Assembly: GCA_030141605.1 (NCBI GenBank) | Contig: JAQGDQ010000602.1 | Location: 67,461-131,460 of the forward strand | DNA from: Tubiluchus corallicola | Taxonomy: Eukaryota > Animalia > Priapulida | DNA: 64,000 nucleotides | Direction of reading: 5' to 3' | Shown: in pieces, positions 49,801 through 62,464 of the stretch | Layout of the letters: the number at the start of each line of letters is the position of its first letter | How positions within the stretch are numbered: the first letter of the stretch is position 1 | Position numbers and translations under genes: made by a program | The notes under the pieces: generated by a model | What the model was told of the DNA's origin: nothing | Database searches by the model: none | The model's input: the letters and a program-made list of their open reading frames with translations, nothing else

Positions 49801-52800
49801 AGGCACCATCATTTTAACAGTAGGTTGTTTGAAACAAGTTTAGACAACATTGCATAAAGTTTGAAAGAGTAATCAGCGTATTCGTAGCAGGCTCTTCACT
49901 AACTAAGCTACTTTATAAATTACTTTGTAATGTCAATAAAATCAATAATATGTTTTTTGTGTATCAGTGGTGCACACTGGGATGGCAGTACAGAGAAATT
50001 TTACTAATTAGCACGGATATTTTAAATTATTAAGATTTTCTTTTTCTAATCATATAAGTCTAGCAAACACGTAAACATAATGATAAGCAATATAACATAT
50101 ATGGAAATTCTTTGCGATAAAATGACAAACTTCATGAAACGGAATTTTTAATTTGTACCGAGAATTCGGTTCAAGTGACACAATAATTCAAGTTGCAGAT
50201 TTCGAGTTACACAATGTTCGTTAAAGGACAAGAAAAGGGGTACCTGAAGCAGGTTTCAGAAAAATCCCCTTAAAAAATTATATTGCTTTACAGCAATTAT
50301 ATGCGTATATCTTGCTCGCACTGAAAGGAATTTTAGTTTGTTTTCATTTTAAATCTCCCGCAATACTGTTCCGTAGTCGCCATTACATGACGTCATGCAC
50401 CAAACGTAAATCAAAGGAAGAAAAGGCAATGTTAAATTATGTCTCTAAAGATTTTCCGTGTAAATCTATATTACTTAGATTTTCGCTTACCTGCTAGAAA
50501 GATTTATGTAACTAGAAAAGAAAATTATTAATTATTTAAACTGTTTTCACCAATTGGTAAAATGTCGCTGACTCACCCTCCAGGGTGCGCCACTCGCTAA
50601 CAAAAAAACATATTTTTAATCTTATTTACAAGATACAGTAATTTTAAATTTTATTTAGTTAGTGACGCGTTACGAATGCTCTGATTATTTTTTCAAACTT
50701 TACAAAATGTTATCTAAACTTGTTTCAAATGACCTGTCGTGACAATGGCTGCATCTAACGGTCACCACGGGAGTTTAAATTTACACGTTTTATACAGCGT
50801 TACTGCCGATTGAAGTCCTGCATGCAAAAAGGCAGTAAGTAAGTGATATAAAATTTCAAAACGAATTTTTTAAGCTTTATGTTTATGAAGGGTTCTCTTG
50901 CGCTTTAAAGGGAAAATCCCTTCCAAGAGATCTGTTCGAGACACGCAAGAATTCGAGTCATACGAGTTGTACATAGTTTAATGCATTACGTATCAGAATC
51001 TTTTTCACAAACAAACCTGGATGATTTGAGTCAACTTCTGCTGCTGTGCTGAGAAATGTTGGTTCATCTCCTGACGATTCAACTGTTGTTGCTCAGCAAA
51101 TTTCTCGCGCATATCAGCGACGGCTTTGCCCACATTTTCCTGTCGAATTTCCTCCATTTTTTTGTTTAGTGAAAGCAGTGCAGCTTCTTCCTAAATAAAT
51201 GAAGATAATGGAAATTTATCAAGTAAGTAACGTGATAGACTGGTCTGTAAAGATGCAACATCGTGTCTTTTAATACTGCATGCATATCGCCAAAGTGTGT
51301 TAGTGTGCTCGTGATAATCTGAGTCAATGATATTTAGCAAATTAGCACGCCCTTTACCAAATGCTAATAAAAATGGTGTTGAGTAATTCAACTTGCAGGT
51401 GTAGCGTTTACTGTAGATACGTAACAATCAGTGCAGTGAGCAGTAGTTGACTTGACACAGGCACTGCTAGCAGCCAAAGCGGTTGAAAATGTAAGGTGTT
51501 TAATCTGCAGTTAGCTAATTACATTGTTTGCATATAATAAACTTGTGAAATGGTAAACATGAATCAGAAAATGCACAAGTCTCTTTAAACTACTTAGACC
51601 ACCTAGTCCATTAAGACTACTTAGACCACCTAGTCCATTAAGACTACTTAGACCACCTAGTCCATTAAGACTACTTAGACCACCTAGTCCATTAAGACTA
51701 CTTAGACCACCTAGTCCATTAAGACTACTTAGACCACCTAGTCCATTAAGACTACTTAGACAACCTAGTCCATTAAGACTACTTAGACAACCTAGTCCAT
51801 TAAGACTACTTAGACAACCTAGTCCATCAAGACTACTTAGACAACCTAGTCCATCAAGACTACTTAGACCACCTAGTCCATTTAGACTACTTAGACCACC
51901 TAGTCCATTAAGACTACCTAAACCACCTAGTCCTTTAAAACTACCTAGACCACCTAGTCCATTAAGACTACCTAAACCACCTAGTCCTTTAAAACTACCT
52001 AGACCACCTAGTCCATTTAGGCCACTTAGTCCATTTAGACTATCTATGCCACTTATTCTATTTAAACTACCTAGACCACCTAGTCCATTTAGACTATCCA
52101 GACCACATAGTCTATTTAAACTACCTAAACCACCTAGTCCATTTAGACTATCCAGACCACCTAGTCTATTTAAACTACCTAGACCACCTAGTCCATTTAG
52201 ACTATCCAGACCACCTAGTCTATTTAAACTACCTAGACCACCTAGTCCATTTAGACTACCTAATCCATCTAAGCTACCTATACCACCTAGTCGACTCAGA
52301 CTACCCAGGCCACCTAGTCTATTTAGACTATCTAGACCACCTAGTCTATTTAAACTACCTAGACCACCTAGTCCATTTAGACTATCCAGACCACCTAGTC
52401 TATTTAAACTACCTAGACCACCTAGTCCATTTAGACTACCTAATCCATCTAAGCTACCTATACCACCTAGTCGATTCAGACTACCCAGGCCACCTAGTCT
52501 ATTTAGACTATCTAGACCATTTAAGCCACTTAGTGTTGCCAGGTGAAAATTTTCAAAATTCTAACAACGTGTTCACATCTCTCATACATACAAACACCCG
52601 TAAATCTCACCATGAACTAAAAAATATGTTTACGGTTCACTGGAATTGCGAGTTAAATGTTAAACATGCTGTATACATTCTACAAATTGAGGCTACGATG
52701 TGAAGAACAATTTGACAAAGTAAAGAAGAGCTACTTACACTAGCAACAAGAGATTCAATGCGCTGCAGTTTCTCTTTTTCTTCCGAGTTCGACTCCATTG

Positions 52801-55800
52801 CTGTCAGTAACTCATTCACATTCTGTTTCACGATTTCTTGAACTGAGACAATAATGAGTTAACAGAATTATGTGCTTACAATATCCTGCGTATTAGACTA
52901 TTTAAGTAACAGCTGCTAGCGTAACCAGCAAAGAAGCACCAGCTCTTTACCAGAAACACCCAGCCGGTAAAATTTTCAAGCAACAAATAATGTGCATGGC
53001 AACTGGCAGGGACATTTAGGATTAAAAACACAACTGTCTGCGACCGAAATCATTGAAAAACTTCTCTAGTTTACATGATTTGATTTGATTTAACTCTTTA
53101 CTTCGAACTAGGTTCATAAAATACATAACATACAATACTTACAAGACATACAATAATTATAACCCCTCCTCTCAACACATACAAATTAATAAATAAATAA
53201 ATAAAATAACAGTACAGTATATATACAATATCATACTTCTAGCGTGAATCGTCACCCTTAATTTCTACCTAACACTTTCCTCTCTGATGTCTGGACGTGT
53301 AAAATGCGTCACTGTTATTCAATGCCTTTATAAGAACATTTGAGCTTTGCATTACTCTACTGTATAGACTGTATGCAGTTTTCCTATGTATTACATCAAA
53401 GTATAAAACATTGTGGTCTACTGAAATGGTCCTAGAACTATAATCATATGGGTAGTTGAAAAGTTTGCGTTTTGCAATATTGTGAGCTACTTTAAGTTTG
53501 CTGAGACTGTAGTTATAAAAATGTCGCCAGGTGGCCATACCGTAGAAAGAATTACAATAAGAGTTGAACAGATGAGTTTTGACATTAGGTGAACAATGAA
53601 TGTTAGCTATGATTAATATTTAATATGAATGTAACTTTACAATCAAACCTACTCTGGGACAGCAAAAAAGAGATGAGATTAAGTGAGTTTGGCATTATAA
53701 CCGGGTGCATTGATACATGCATGTCCATGCAAATACCGACATTTTGTTTTGCCAAAAAATGGGCATTAAGCGAAATTGGTGCTGTAACAAGGTTGGACTG
53801 TACTTTTACTATAGAGTTAAAATACATTTTGTCAACCAGAAAGAGGGTTTTGTTTCAAATGTCTTCTATGTATACTAGTGGTTCTTAACCTGGGTTCAAT
53901 CGAACCCTAAGGGTTCGGTGAGTCGATCTCAGGGGTTCAGCAGAGCCTCCTCTTATCTTTGTGAGCAATCCTTTTCGAGGATGCTGGACATAAAAACGTA
54001 GAAAAGGAACAGACTTTGCTGTGAAAATGACATGAGAGTGGCACTTGCCAAGGTGAAGCCACGCATATCTGAACTGGTCTCTCAAAGGCAACAGCAGCAG
54101 TCACGCTGATTTGCAGGTATGTAATTTGTTGTGAGTTTATGCATTGTGTTGGTTTTGTTCTTTGAACAAGGTGATGTTCATGCACGGCTCATTTTGTGTA
54201 CCAGTAAAAAACACATCTATGTCTTGAATTTGAAAAAAATCATATTTTATTTTTCACTAAAGAGGGGTTCAGTGAATGCGCATATGAAACTGGTGGGGTT
54301 CGATACCTCCAACAAGGTTAAGAACCACTGATGTATAACAAGGTGACAATAGTCTATTTGAAGCCAACATTTAAGTAATTGTTATCATTATTGCAACACT
54401 GCTGAAATTACTTTAGAAAATCAAATGTTCTATTTTTCTCATATGCAATTTTAAAATTTGTTTGCATGTTTTAAAATGATTTAAAACTTCTGTTTTCTTA
54501 AAACCTAATTACAACTGTTAGAGTGATGTAACCTCCTTTGCCACTTTGTTATATTTAAAATATTAATATATCGTTAATTTGAAGATATTTTTGTAACATT
54601 TTTATTCATTACATTTTATTCAATGCATTTTGTAGCACTACTAATCTAGTAATAAGCCTTTTAACTGGTATGTCATGTTGACGCGTAGTTGCTACAGGTC
54701 AAAGGTCAAGTGTACCACACAATGTGTTCTTACACAAGTGTCACGTGACCTTATGCATGCCGCATATCTGACTCAGTAAAACGGGTGAAACATGAGGCTA
54801 GTTCACACTGAAAATTATCATTCTGTAGAGTTATGCAGTTTGTTGGGATGGTATTTATTTGTTTGAGCACAACAAAGCTAGGCGTGGTTCTAGCTAGCTG
54901 TTGAAACTGTTACTATTATAGCGGCATGAGTTGTGGAGCAATGTCAAGTGCACTGACAACACTTAACCTTTGACCTTTCACGATCACCATCAATCACTGG
55001 ACCTGTGAAAAGGCTTAATATTTCTAATTTCGGGATCATTCGCTAATGATGCAGAAAAACACACAGTTATAATTCGACTTTTGAAAAAGCATGACCGAAA
55101 AGAAAGGTAAAAAGCACGGATTTGAACCGGGGACCTTTGTACTGTAAGTCCAGCACCACATTTGTGATTACTTACTTGTATCAAGAGACCGCTGTGTTGC
55201 ATCTTGCTTTTCGTTACACGTCGTTTTCACATCAAGCTTCACACTCTCAACAAGCGATTTCACCTCAGTGATGCACTCCTTGAACATTGTCACCAACGTA
55301 TGGAGTATGTCCCTAGGAAAATAATTGTCAAAATCAGTCGTGACTACATGCAAGCGAAGTAAATTGAACAACAAAATGTGTTCTTTTGTTAACCGATAAA
55401 GGTACTATAATTTAGTTTAGCAATGCAAAACAAAAAACTAAAAAAAAAAGAAAGTGTGAAAAATGTGCATTGAAAAGATTTAGAAAGTCACTGCTAACCA
55501 ACTTTGATTCGAACAAACAAACAAACAAACTTTGATTCAACTCAAATGTTCTACAATACAACTTTAAACATTAAACGGTCCCTCCCTACTAACATTTCTT
55601 AAGCTAATGAGGCAAGAGAAGAAACGAAATTTTTTGTTGCTCCTAATCAGTGAGATGCAGACAATCGAACAAGAAACTAAGCAAATGGTTGGCAGTTATC
55701 CCACTGCTTGCCTATTAGCTGCTCCATTAATAACATACTTGATTTGTTGTTCCTGGGCCTTCTCCTTGTTTGATTCCGCATTTCGGGGCAAATCGCATTT

Positions 55801-58800
55801 TTGCACGGCGCGAGGTGCTACTTTTGTGAGCCGTTCCTGTGATGCCCGATGCTGCTCTTTTGGAAATAGAGAAGGCATTGACATATACTGCTGATATTCC
55901 TGTAAGCAAAAGTAGATGTGGCTGTTATAAGTATTGGTGTAAAAGTAGTATGACTGAATGTATATGCGCATGGGATAGTACGACTGACGGTGCATTCAGA
56001 CTAAAGAGTTTTCTCTCTGGACGAGTATTTCTGAGTGTCAACTCGCACTTACTGTTGGAGAAAACTTTCAGCAACTCTTGGATTCGCAAAAACTTGCTCA
56101 GAGAACTCACAAAGCAGTTCACACTTGGGAGTTTATTCTCGGGAGAGAAAACCGTCTAGTCTAAACACTCCGTAACTCCGTGAAAGAACAGTACAATTGA
56201 TTGTACAAGCAAGAAAGAGTAGTATGACTGAATGTATGTACAAACAAAGAATAGTAGTACTGACCGTATATACACCAAACGAGTAGTATTACCGAAAGTA
56301 TCTACACCCAAAAAGTAGTATAACTGAATGTATCTACACTCAAAGAGTAGCATGACTGAACGTATCTACACCAAAGAAGTAGTATTACCGAAAGTATCTT
56401 CACCTAAAGAGTAGTATGACTGAATGTATCTACACTCAAAGAGTAGTATGACTGACTGTATCTACACTCAAAGAGTAGTATGACCGAATGTATCTACACC
56501 CAAAGAGTAGTATGATTGAATGTATCTACAATCAAAGAGCAGTATGACTGAACGTATCTACACCAAAGGAGTAGTAGGACTGAATGTATCTACACTCAAA
56601 GAGTAGTATGACTGAATATAACTACACTCAAAGAGTAGTATGACCGAATGTATCTACACTCAAACAGTAGTATTACTGAATATATCTACACGCAAAGAGT
56701 AGTATGACTGAATGTATCTACGCTCAGAGTAGTATTATTTAATGCATACACACATACATACATCACAGCAGCCTATAATAAATATTTGTTTTTCAGTCTC
56801 AGCACAAACAAACTGCTTATGGTTCGTTGAAATTTTATCAAAACATAGTAAGGTAAAAATCATAAAATTTTTACTGTGGAATTAACGCATTAATATTTCG
56901 CGTAATCTTTTCTGATAAAAGCAAGTATTTCCTGCGATTTGATCAACATCTTATTTTATCACATCGTGAAATATAGAGCCAATCAGGCAGTCTACAATAC
57001 AACATTATAATAAACTGAATTTCTCAATGAATCTTCAGCAGATGACCAAATAAGAACTAATTAACCACTGGTGAGCATCAGAACTAATGACAGTTGATAC
57101 AAAATGCTTCAAAAAACATTTTTTGTCATCAGATCAAGATCTACATCAGGGGTGTTCAAACTGCGGCCCGCAGGCCACTTGCGGCCCGCCGAGAGATCTT
57201 GTGCGACCCGCAAAGAGGTTTGTCAACGTAATGAAAGTGCGGCCCACGCGATCCAGCTGTAGTCTGCATCAATGTCGCAAAGATAGTGCGGCTAGTTTTT
57301 TCCTCTAGATCGGATGGCATTAACCCTTACAAGACCGTTGTCAATTAATGTCAATGTCGGACATGACGAAATATATGGTTTTTAATATGAATTTTAATAA
57401 CTTCTAAAATAGTTTCTTGAGTGTAGTATGCAGTAGTAATGATGTGACAGATCAGATGCAGAAAAATCGTTATTAAGTCCTACTGTACTTGGCTCCTTGA
57501 CCAAACTGCATGCGGCCCACAGGAATTGCGGGAAAGTTTAATGTGGCCCGGCTAGTCAGATAATTTGCACACCCCTGATCTACATCTTAGCTTTAAAAAA
57601 ATGTAATGTCAAAACGATGCGACTGAATGCTTAATAAAGGTACACTTGAAGCTGGTTACGTACTTCTGGGTGTTGCGAGAAGCCAGGTACATTAAGAATG
57701 GCCTGGACATGATTGTCTTGAGAAGAAAATTGTGAAAGTTCTTGAGAATTCTCAGCCGAACCGATGGCCGAATCGTACTCAACTGGTTTCTTGAAAAGAT
57801 GCTGACTGAAAAATTCAAACAAAAATGCAAATTAACTTTGGTTCAAGAATTTTAGTTTTCCTGGCTGCATTATAGTCTGAAGTTCTTCGTATTGCTAGCC
57901 TGTACGTCGAACAATGTTTCAATAGGTGAACTAGTGACTCCAATGGCAGCTCATGTATAGGTACTGTGGCACTGCAGCATTCTACATTTCCACTTGATAC
58001 TATCAATAATATTCAATATAATAGTATATTTTCTTTATACATGTACAGAACCAGAGCACATGAAGGTAGTACTGTTACAGCTTTACAGCTCAGCACAGTC
58101 AGGGTTCACACACAATTTTAAAATAAGTTTCCCTGACTTTTCCCTTACCAAATATTGATTTTCCGTGATCAAGATAAGCCAAAATTGCATTACTAGTATA
58201 CATGATCAAACATGGACATTCATGCATATACTGATACAAAATATGTCGACCAATCATAATTTTTGGAACAGAAATCTAAACTCGGAGCCTCCATAGCAAA
58301 ACGTTTTTTTGAACACGAATCGTTTGGAAAAATATCGGTTCACAGAGATTATTTTTGCAACCCTTTCCAATTTCCCTGACTTTTCGCCCCAATTTCATCA
58401 TTTTCCCTGACTTTTTACCAAATTATCTTTTTCCCTGACTTTTCCACAACTTTCCAGGATAGCCTGTATTTAAAGGATTTTCCCTGACAGTGGGAACACT
58501 GACAGTAAATGTGGTGTTTGGTTGTTGTGCGCATGTAGCCATGCGGACATGTTTGAGCCGAGGTAGAAAAAGTACTGTCGCTCACACAGTTTGATGTCAG
58601 ACAATTTGAGCTATTAGCAAGCAAACCATATTTTTTTAGGATTTTATCAAGTTTATGTATAAACATTCGTATGTTTGTTTGTTTAAAATTACAATTACAA
58701 GTTACAAGATTAAAATTACGTATGTTTCTTTCGTTTTACAAACAGTATTAAAACAATAGCTGAAAATTTTCTGAAGCAGCATCCCACTAATTTTAGCTAC

Positions 58801-59629
58801 GAGCCGCCACTGAGTGACTTACTCAAGGGATGCCTTTGCCACACAACTAGTGGACACTCGTGTGGTACTGCAGCACCCTCTGTTTTCAGTTTATTATTAT
58901 CAATAATATTCAATATAATAAATCTTTTTTTTAGTTTTTTTATACTTGTGCGGAACCAGAGCACGTGAGGGAAGTACTGTTTGCCACAAACGTGGTGCTG
59001 TTGTGCGAACGCGGCCATGCGCCCATGTCTGAGATAACATGCTGCAAGCTAGCGTCTGCTGCTACTCCTGCTAGGTAGAAAAGCACTGTCTCTGACCACA
59101 GTAACAATGGTCACGTGCTTACCGTGTGCCATCACACTCTTGAATGTGATGAAGTGTAAACTTAGCATGTATGCTTAAACATAAATTATTTAATAATGGA
59201 TGCCTTTTAACTCCAAGAAATAAGTTCTGTGACTGTAAGTGAACTACAAAAGCTTAATTTTTCACAGTTGTCTCTCCATGAGAAAGTTGCAGTTAAGAAA
59301 AAAGACAATTCAACACCTGATCTTCAGATATAACTACAGCATTATTAAAATTACATATGTTTGTTACGTTTGACGCAGTATTAAAACAATGGCTAAAAAA
59401 TTTTTGAAACAGCACCCCACTACTTTTAGTTACAAGCTGCCACTGCAAACAACAGACAATAGAATTTATATGAAAACATGGCACCTACAAAAGCATTGTT
59501 GCCTCACTTTTGCGAGAACCTAGCAATCTCTCTACGCATGCGAGGCATTTAAATCTATAAAAATTAACAGATTATAAATAAGGTTTACCCAGGATAGCTG
59601 GAAAACAGATTCCGAGAATTTCTCTTCAT
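43837..59629 (-). CDS. SQ-rich coiled-coil protein, IHO1/CCDC36 (Mer2 family)-like, about 476 aa; both ends uncertain
   Basis: Phase-consistent GT-AG exons 59629-59589, 57805-57664, (56155-56111), 55899-55739, 55312-55176, 52842-52739, 51190-51017, 47491-47262, 45977-45692 and 43947-43837. N-terminal ENSQELSQ, YMSMPSLF, then a long heptad region (KEKAQEQQIKDILHTLVTMFKECITEVKSLVESVK...) and a low-complexity S/P tail. The gene is well supported, while the family call comes from remembered motif similarity only. Confidence 0.7.
44110..44266. repeat. Imperfect AT-rich hairpin (about 70-bp arms)
   Basis: ATTAGAAAAATCCAATATTTCTACTG...CATCG vs CGATG...CAGTAGAAATACTAAATTTTTCTAAT. Confidence 0.65.
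44389..44462 (+). mobile_element. tRNA-derived module (pseudo-tRNA / SINE head)
   Basis: A-box TGGCCGAGTGG, B-box GGTTCAAATCC, stems TCTGC/GCAGA and CTGG/CCAG. The acceptor stem does not pair. Confidence 0.6.
44847..45344 (+). mobile_element. Tc1/mariner (pogo-like) MITE, copy 2
   Basis: Same family and orientation as 43163-43673, with TA flanks. Confidence 0.88.
45360..45500 (-). mobile_element. L2-like LINE 3' fragment
   Basis: The minus strand reads TFGYHALTVTAARLWNCLPLTMRQLPTLQTFKKHFKAQLF, a typical RT-ORF C-terminus. Confidence 0.6.
46585..47211. repeat. 90-bp tandem repeat x 7
   Basis: Repeated AAAAATGTACACTTGGAATTACTCGTTTCCATAAAATTTAACGAGTCTTGGACACGTTAATAAATCTCCATCCACAAAAACACAACAATC. 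Confidence 0.93.
48098..48419. mobile_element. Tc1/mariner-type MITE
   Basis: TA|CAGTCAACCCTCG ... CGAGGGTCGACTG|TA with subterminal TCCG repeats. Confidence 0.8.
48480..49630. repeat. Diverged tandem duplication (about 480 bp and about 650 bp units)
   Basis: TTTTCTAAATCACACAAGT, AGCAAGTGATTAAATG..TAGCTTCCAGGAATT, TTACAAACAAAACGGTACTTAACA and CATAAAAGCTTATTAGTCA each occur twice in the same order. Confidence 0.8.
49722..50836. mobile_element. Old TIR element with long diverged arms
   Basis: TTTGAAACAAGTTTAGACAACATTGCATAAAGTTTGAAA vs TTTCAAACTTTACAAAATGTTATCTAAACTTGTTTCAAA, with similarity extending outward about 100 bp. Confidence 0.55.
51586..52533. repeat. 27-bp minisatellite with a 9-bp sub-period (about 35 units)
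   Basis: CTACTTAGACCACCTAGTCCATTAAGA and variants. Homogeneous on the left, with higher-order blocks on the right. Confidence 0.95.
53078..53600 (-). mobile_element. LINE 3' fragment
   Basis: Minus strand KTHLFNSYCNSFYGMATW...KLKVAHNIAKRKLF, followed by a (AAATC)n tail at 53078-53090. Confidence 0.65.
53876..54330. mobile_element. hAT MITE
   Basis: TIRs TAGTGGTTCTTAACCT / AGGTTAAGAACCACTG. TSD ATGTATAC / ATGTATAA (7 of 8 match). Confidence 0.88.
54651..55019 (+). mobile_element. MITE, copy 2 (family of 13469-13844)
   Basis: Same TIR and internal GGTTCTAGCTAGCTGTT.AAACTGTTACTATTA block. Confidence 0.7.
56214..56735. repeat. 32-bp minisatellite x about 16
   Basis: Repeated AAAGAGTAGTATGACTGAATGTATCTACACTC, with stray units also at about 55940-55990. 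Confidence 0.92.
57147..57577 (+). mobile_element. hAT (Charlie-like) MITE
   Basis: CAGGGGTGTTCAAACTGCGGCCCG...AATTTGCACACCCCTG with a perfect 8-bp TSD ATCTACAT. Confidence 0.92.
58100..58501. mobile_element. TIR MITE with a 5-bp TSD
   Basis: CAGGGTTCACAC / GTGGGAACACTG termini, multiple TTTCCCTGAC subterminal motifs, and ACAGT on both flanks. Confidence 0.75.
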
Positions 59630-61939
59630 CTTCTTACAAAACCTGTTTGAAAAACGCATAAAAACATAAAAGTTTTAAAAAAGTAAGATCAATGATGTTA
59701 GTGGTGAATTTTAAACCACCAACTAGTGGTAGAACTTACCTCAAAACCTAAGAAAAAAGTGCCAAAATACCAGAATTAACCGTCTCGCAAAATTTTAAGG
59801 TTCCCTGTTTTGTTACATCTGCTATATTTTTCTCTTCAATAATTTTCATTTTCCACTTCTCTATGGAATACCTTTAAAACATTTCACCTCTGGACTGTTT
59901 AGTGCCAAAACTAGTCAATTAAACTATTCTTTATTTAAATTACTATGTACAGCCAATAAGAAGATTTCACATACATAGTTCATGTACCCAAACCTCAATG
60001 CTATGTCTAATAAGTGTACGATCCATGTGATTTTCTTTTTTTCAAAAACCGAGCCATATAGCCTGAAAACACTAAAAAAAATAACCAGAAAATTTTCAAT
60101 AAAGACAACAACCATTTTCCAATATAATCTACCATCCTTAATAATTTTGATCTATGTACAAAAAATACAGAAAGCACTTCATGCCAGGTGTCAGTTTTCA
60201 TTACATTTTTAGTTTTCATTCATATAAATTTTTTTATTCGAACAGGATTCACAGCTCTAGTTACACTGTGCTCATTACTCAGACTGGTTTTCTCATCACA
60301 TTCCACCAGTCACTTGTTATAATGCCCAATTATGACTGCATAATAGTTAAATTGGTCTTCACTTTTCATGCAGTTCTTATTTATAATCGTATAAAAATTG
60401 AATAGCTAATAGTAATACAACAACGTTCAGCATTGATTCATGACTGTAAAGCATTACCAGGATTTAAGTTGTACGCAAAAATTAAAATGAACGCGAATTT
60501 CAAGGATAAAATGTCTTAATTTCAGTCTGAAAAATTAAAAGCTTGATATAAGATTTTAGAAAGTCTCTAAAATGCTGAAAATTCATCCTTAGCCAAAGCG
60601 ACTTTTCAAAACGAGTTTCAAAGCTTTCCTGATTGATGATTTATATGGCTCACTAACTTTCTTCAAGCTTTATTATTAAGCTTCTATAAATTATATACCA
60701 TCTTCTAGCACGAAAGAGCAGATTTCAGGCTAGGCTGTATAAAAGTAAAACAAATGTGTTTGTGTTACCACTCTTAAATTTTAGATTAAACTTAAAAATC
60801 TCAAAAGCTTTCTAGCTATTAGCCAACTAACTAAGAACTAGACATGTTGGATTAAACGCATTTACTTTGATTTTTTAACTCTAAGAAAAAAGCAACAGCA
60901 GCAGCCGACCTTTTAATTCTTCAAATTTGCGACTTTTCAAGCAATTTTAGCTTTTCGGCGTATCCGTCTTTACGCGTAATTTCTGCTCTTCAACGATGAC
61001 TTCGACCGGCGTGGTCTTATTGTCGCAAAAAATATTTAATAATAGAGCACATAATTTATTTAAGTGATAGAACAAAATTAATATGAACGTTAGCATAAAT
61101 ATTCTAACACCAATCAGACTAGAGTTTGTTAATGTTGTAGCACTTGCGACACATAAATCAACTTCTTATTTGAAACAACAGTAATTAATCTGTTGTAACT
61201 AACCAAGTGGCTCTTGTACTTTTAATTTTATGCTAGTTTCGTTGCAGGTCACACTCTGACGTCTGCCTCTTGGTTTTCTTCGAGGTGTCCGACCCGGTAC
61301 ATACATTTACCTGTCACCTGTGACGGGTAATATCATGTAGTTAGCTGCCCTATTGACTATTTTAAACACCTGTTCCTCACTCAGACTATCCTGGAATGGA
61401 ATTTGTTGTGGAAGAGACTTAGTGTGGCAATGCCTCCCACACCTGCTGTCTTCAGGCACCCTCTACCATATTAATCCAATGATGAACACTGATGCTCCAC
61501 CAAGGGATGTTCCCTTGTAGATGGAGCAGTGCTTCTGCCATGAGGAGTTTTTATTTTCATCAGTACTATCCTGCCTTACAATCACTTATAATAACCTCGA
61601 ACATTAATTACTTAGAGAAAATGTAAAAACAGAGTAATTAAATATTGTATTATCAAAAACAAAAACAAAAATGTGTTTTAGAAATTTGGAACGTGAATCT
61701 GTCTTGTATCTGTCCATCTCCATATTGGAACATGTACAGCATGCTCGCCCAATTGACTTATACAGTAGTGGTATATGCAAGTATGGGCATTGCTCTGACT
61801 TGAACATTTAAGAAAATGTGGCTACCAAACCATCATTTGCATGCTTTTACATTCTAAGACATGGCACACTCGACCTGTTGATGTCAGGCACTTCTCTCTG
61901 CTACCACTACTCGCGATGCATCTCCTTCCCTCAAATCTG

Positions 61940-62090
61940 GATCTGTACTTGCTATTTTTGCAGTACATCTAATAAACATGAGTACTGCCCCCTTCTTAGC
62001 TTTTTTGTCTTTTCAAGAGCTTCGCGTAATGCTATAAGTAGAGAAGATTCTTGATGTATTCTCAATGCATGTCCAATCCAGTGTAGGCTA
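61940..62090 (-). mobile_element. RTE-like LINE 3' fragment
   Basis: Minus strand LHWIGHALRIHQESSLLIALREALEKTKKLRRG. Confidence 0.55.
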
Positions 62091-62464
62091 CCAAACAATA
62101 TTACACACATAAATCCAAAAAAGTTTACTTTTATTATTAAATGGGCTTTATTAAATGTGTAAGATCATAGATTGCAATGCGATTTCATTATTTTATATGA
62201 TTTAAATAAGATGACAAATGTTACGTTAATTGAACAAATATCTTTTCTAGTGTTGAATTAATTCTGATCTACATTTTAATTGTCATCATATTTAAATAAT
62301 CTTTGTCGCATTCTTCACTATAAAACACCAGGGAGCAGAATGACAGTAAAAGCAGATCGAGTGAGAACAAAATTGTATAGACTTCTAGATGTATCTGGCT
62401 AAAACAATAAGTTCACTAGTTGTGATCACTGATCATTATTTATAATATTTCGTCATACGTAGTA

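Noticed and set aside
52046-52546. Pro-rich 166-aa plus-strand ORF as a gene
   Set aside because: It is a translation of the 27-bp minisatellite, antisense within an intron, with no promoter or splice support.
59508-59588. Extra exon 59554-59508 after a 34-nt intron
   Set aside because: The intron is implausibly short and the resulting phase does not fit the next exon. An alternative start (MPRMRREIARFSQ) in this segment cannot be excluded.
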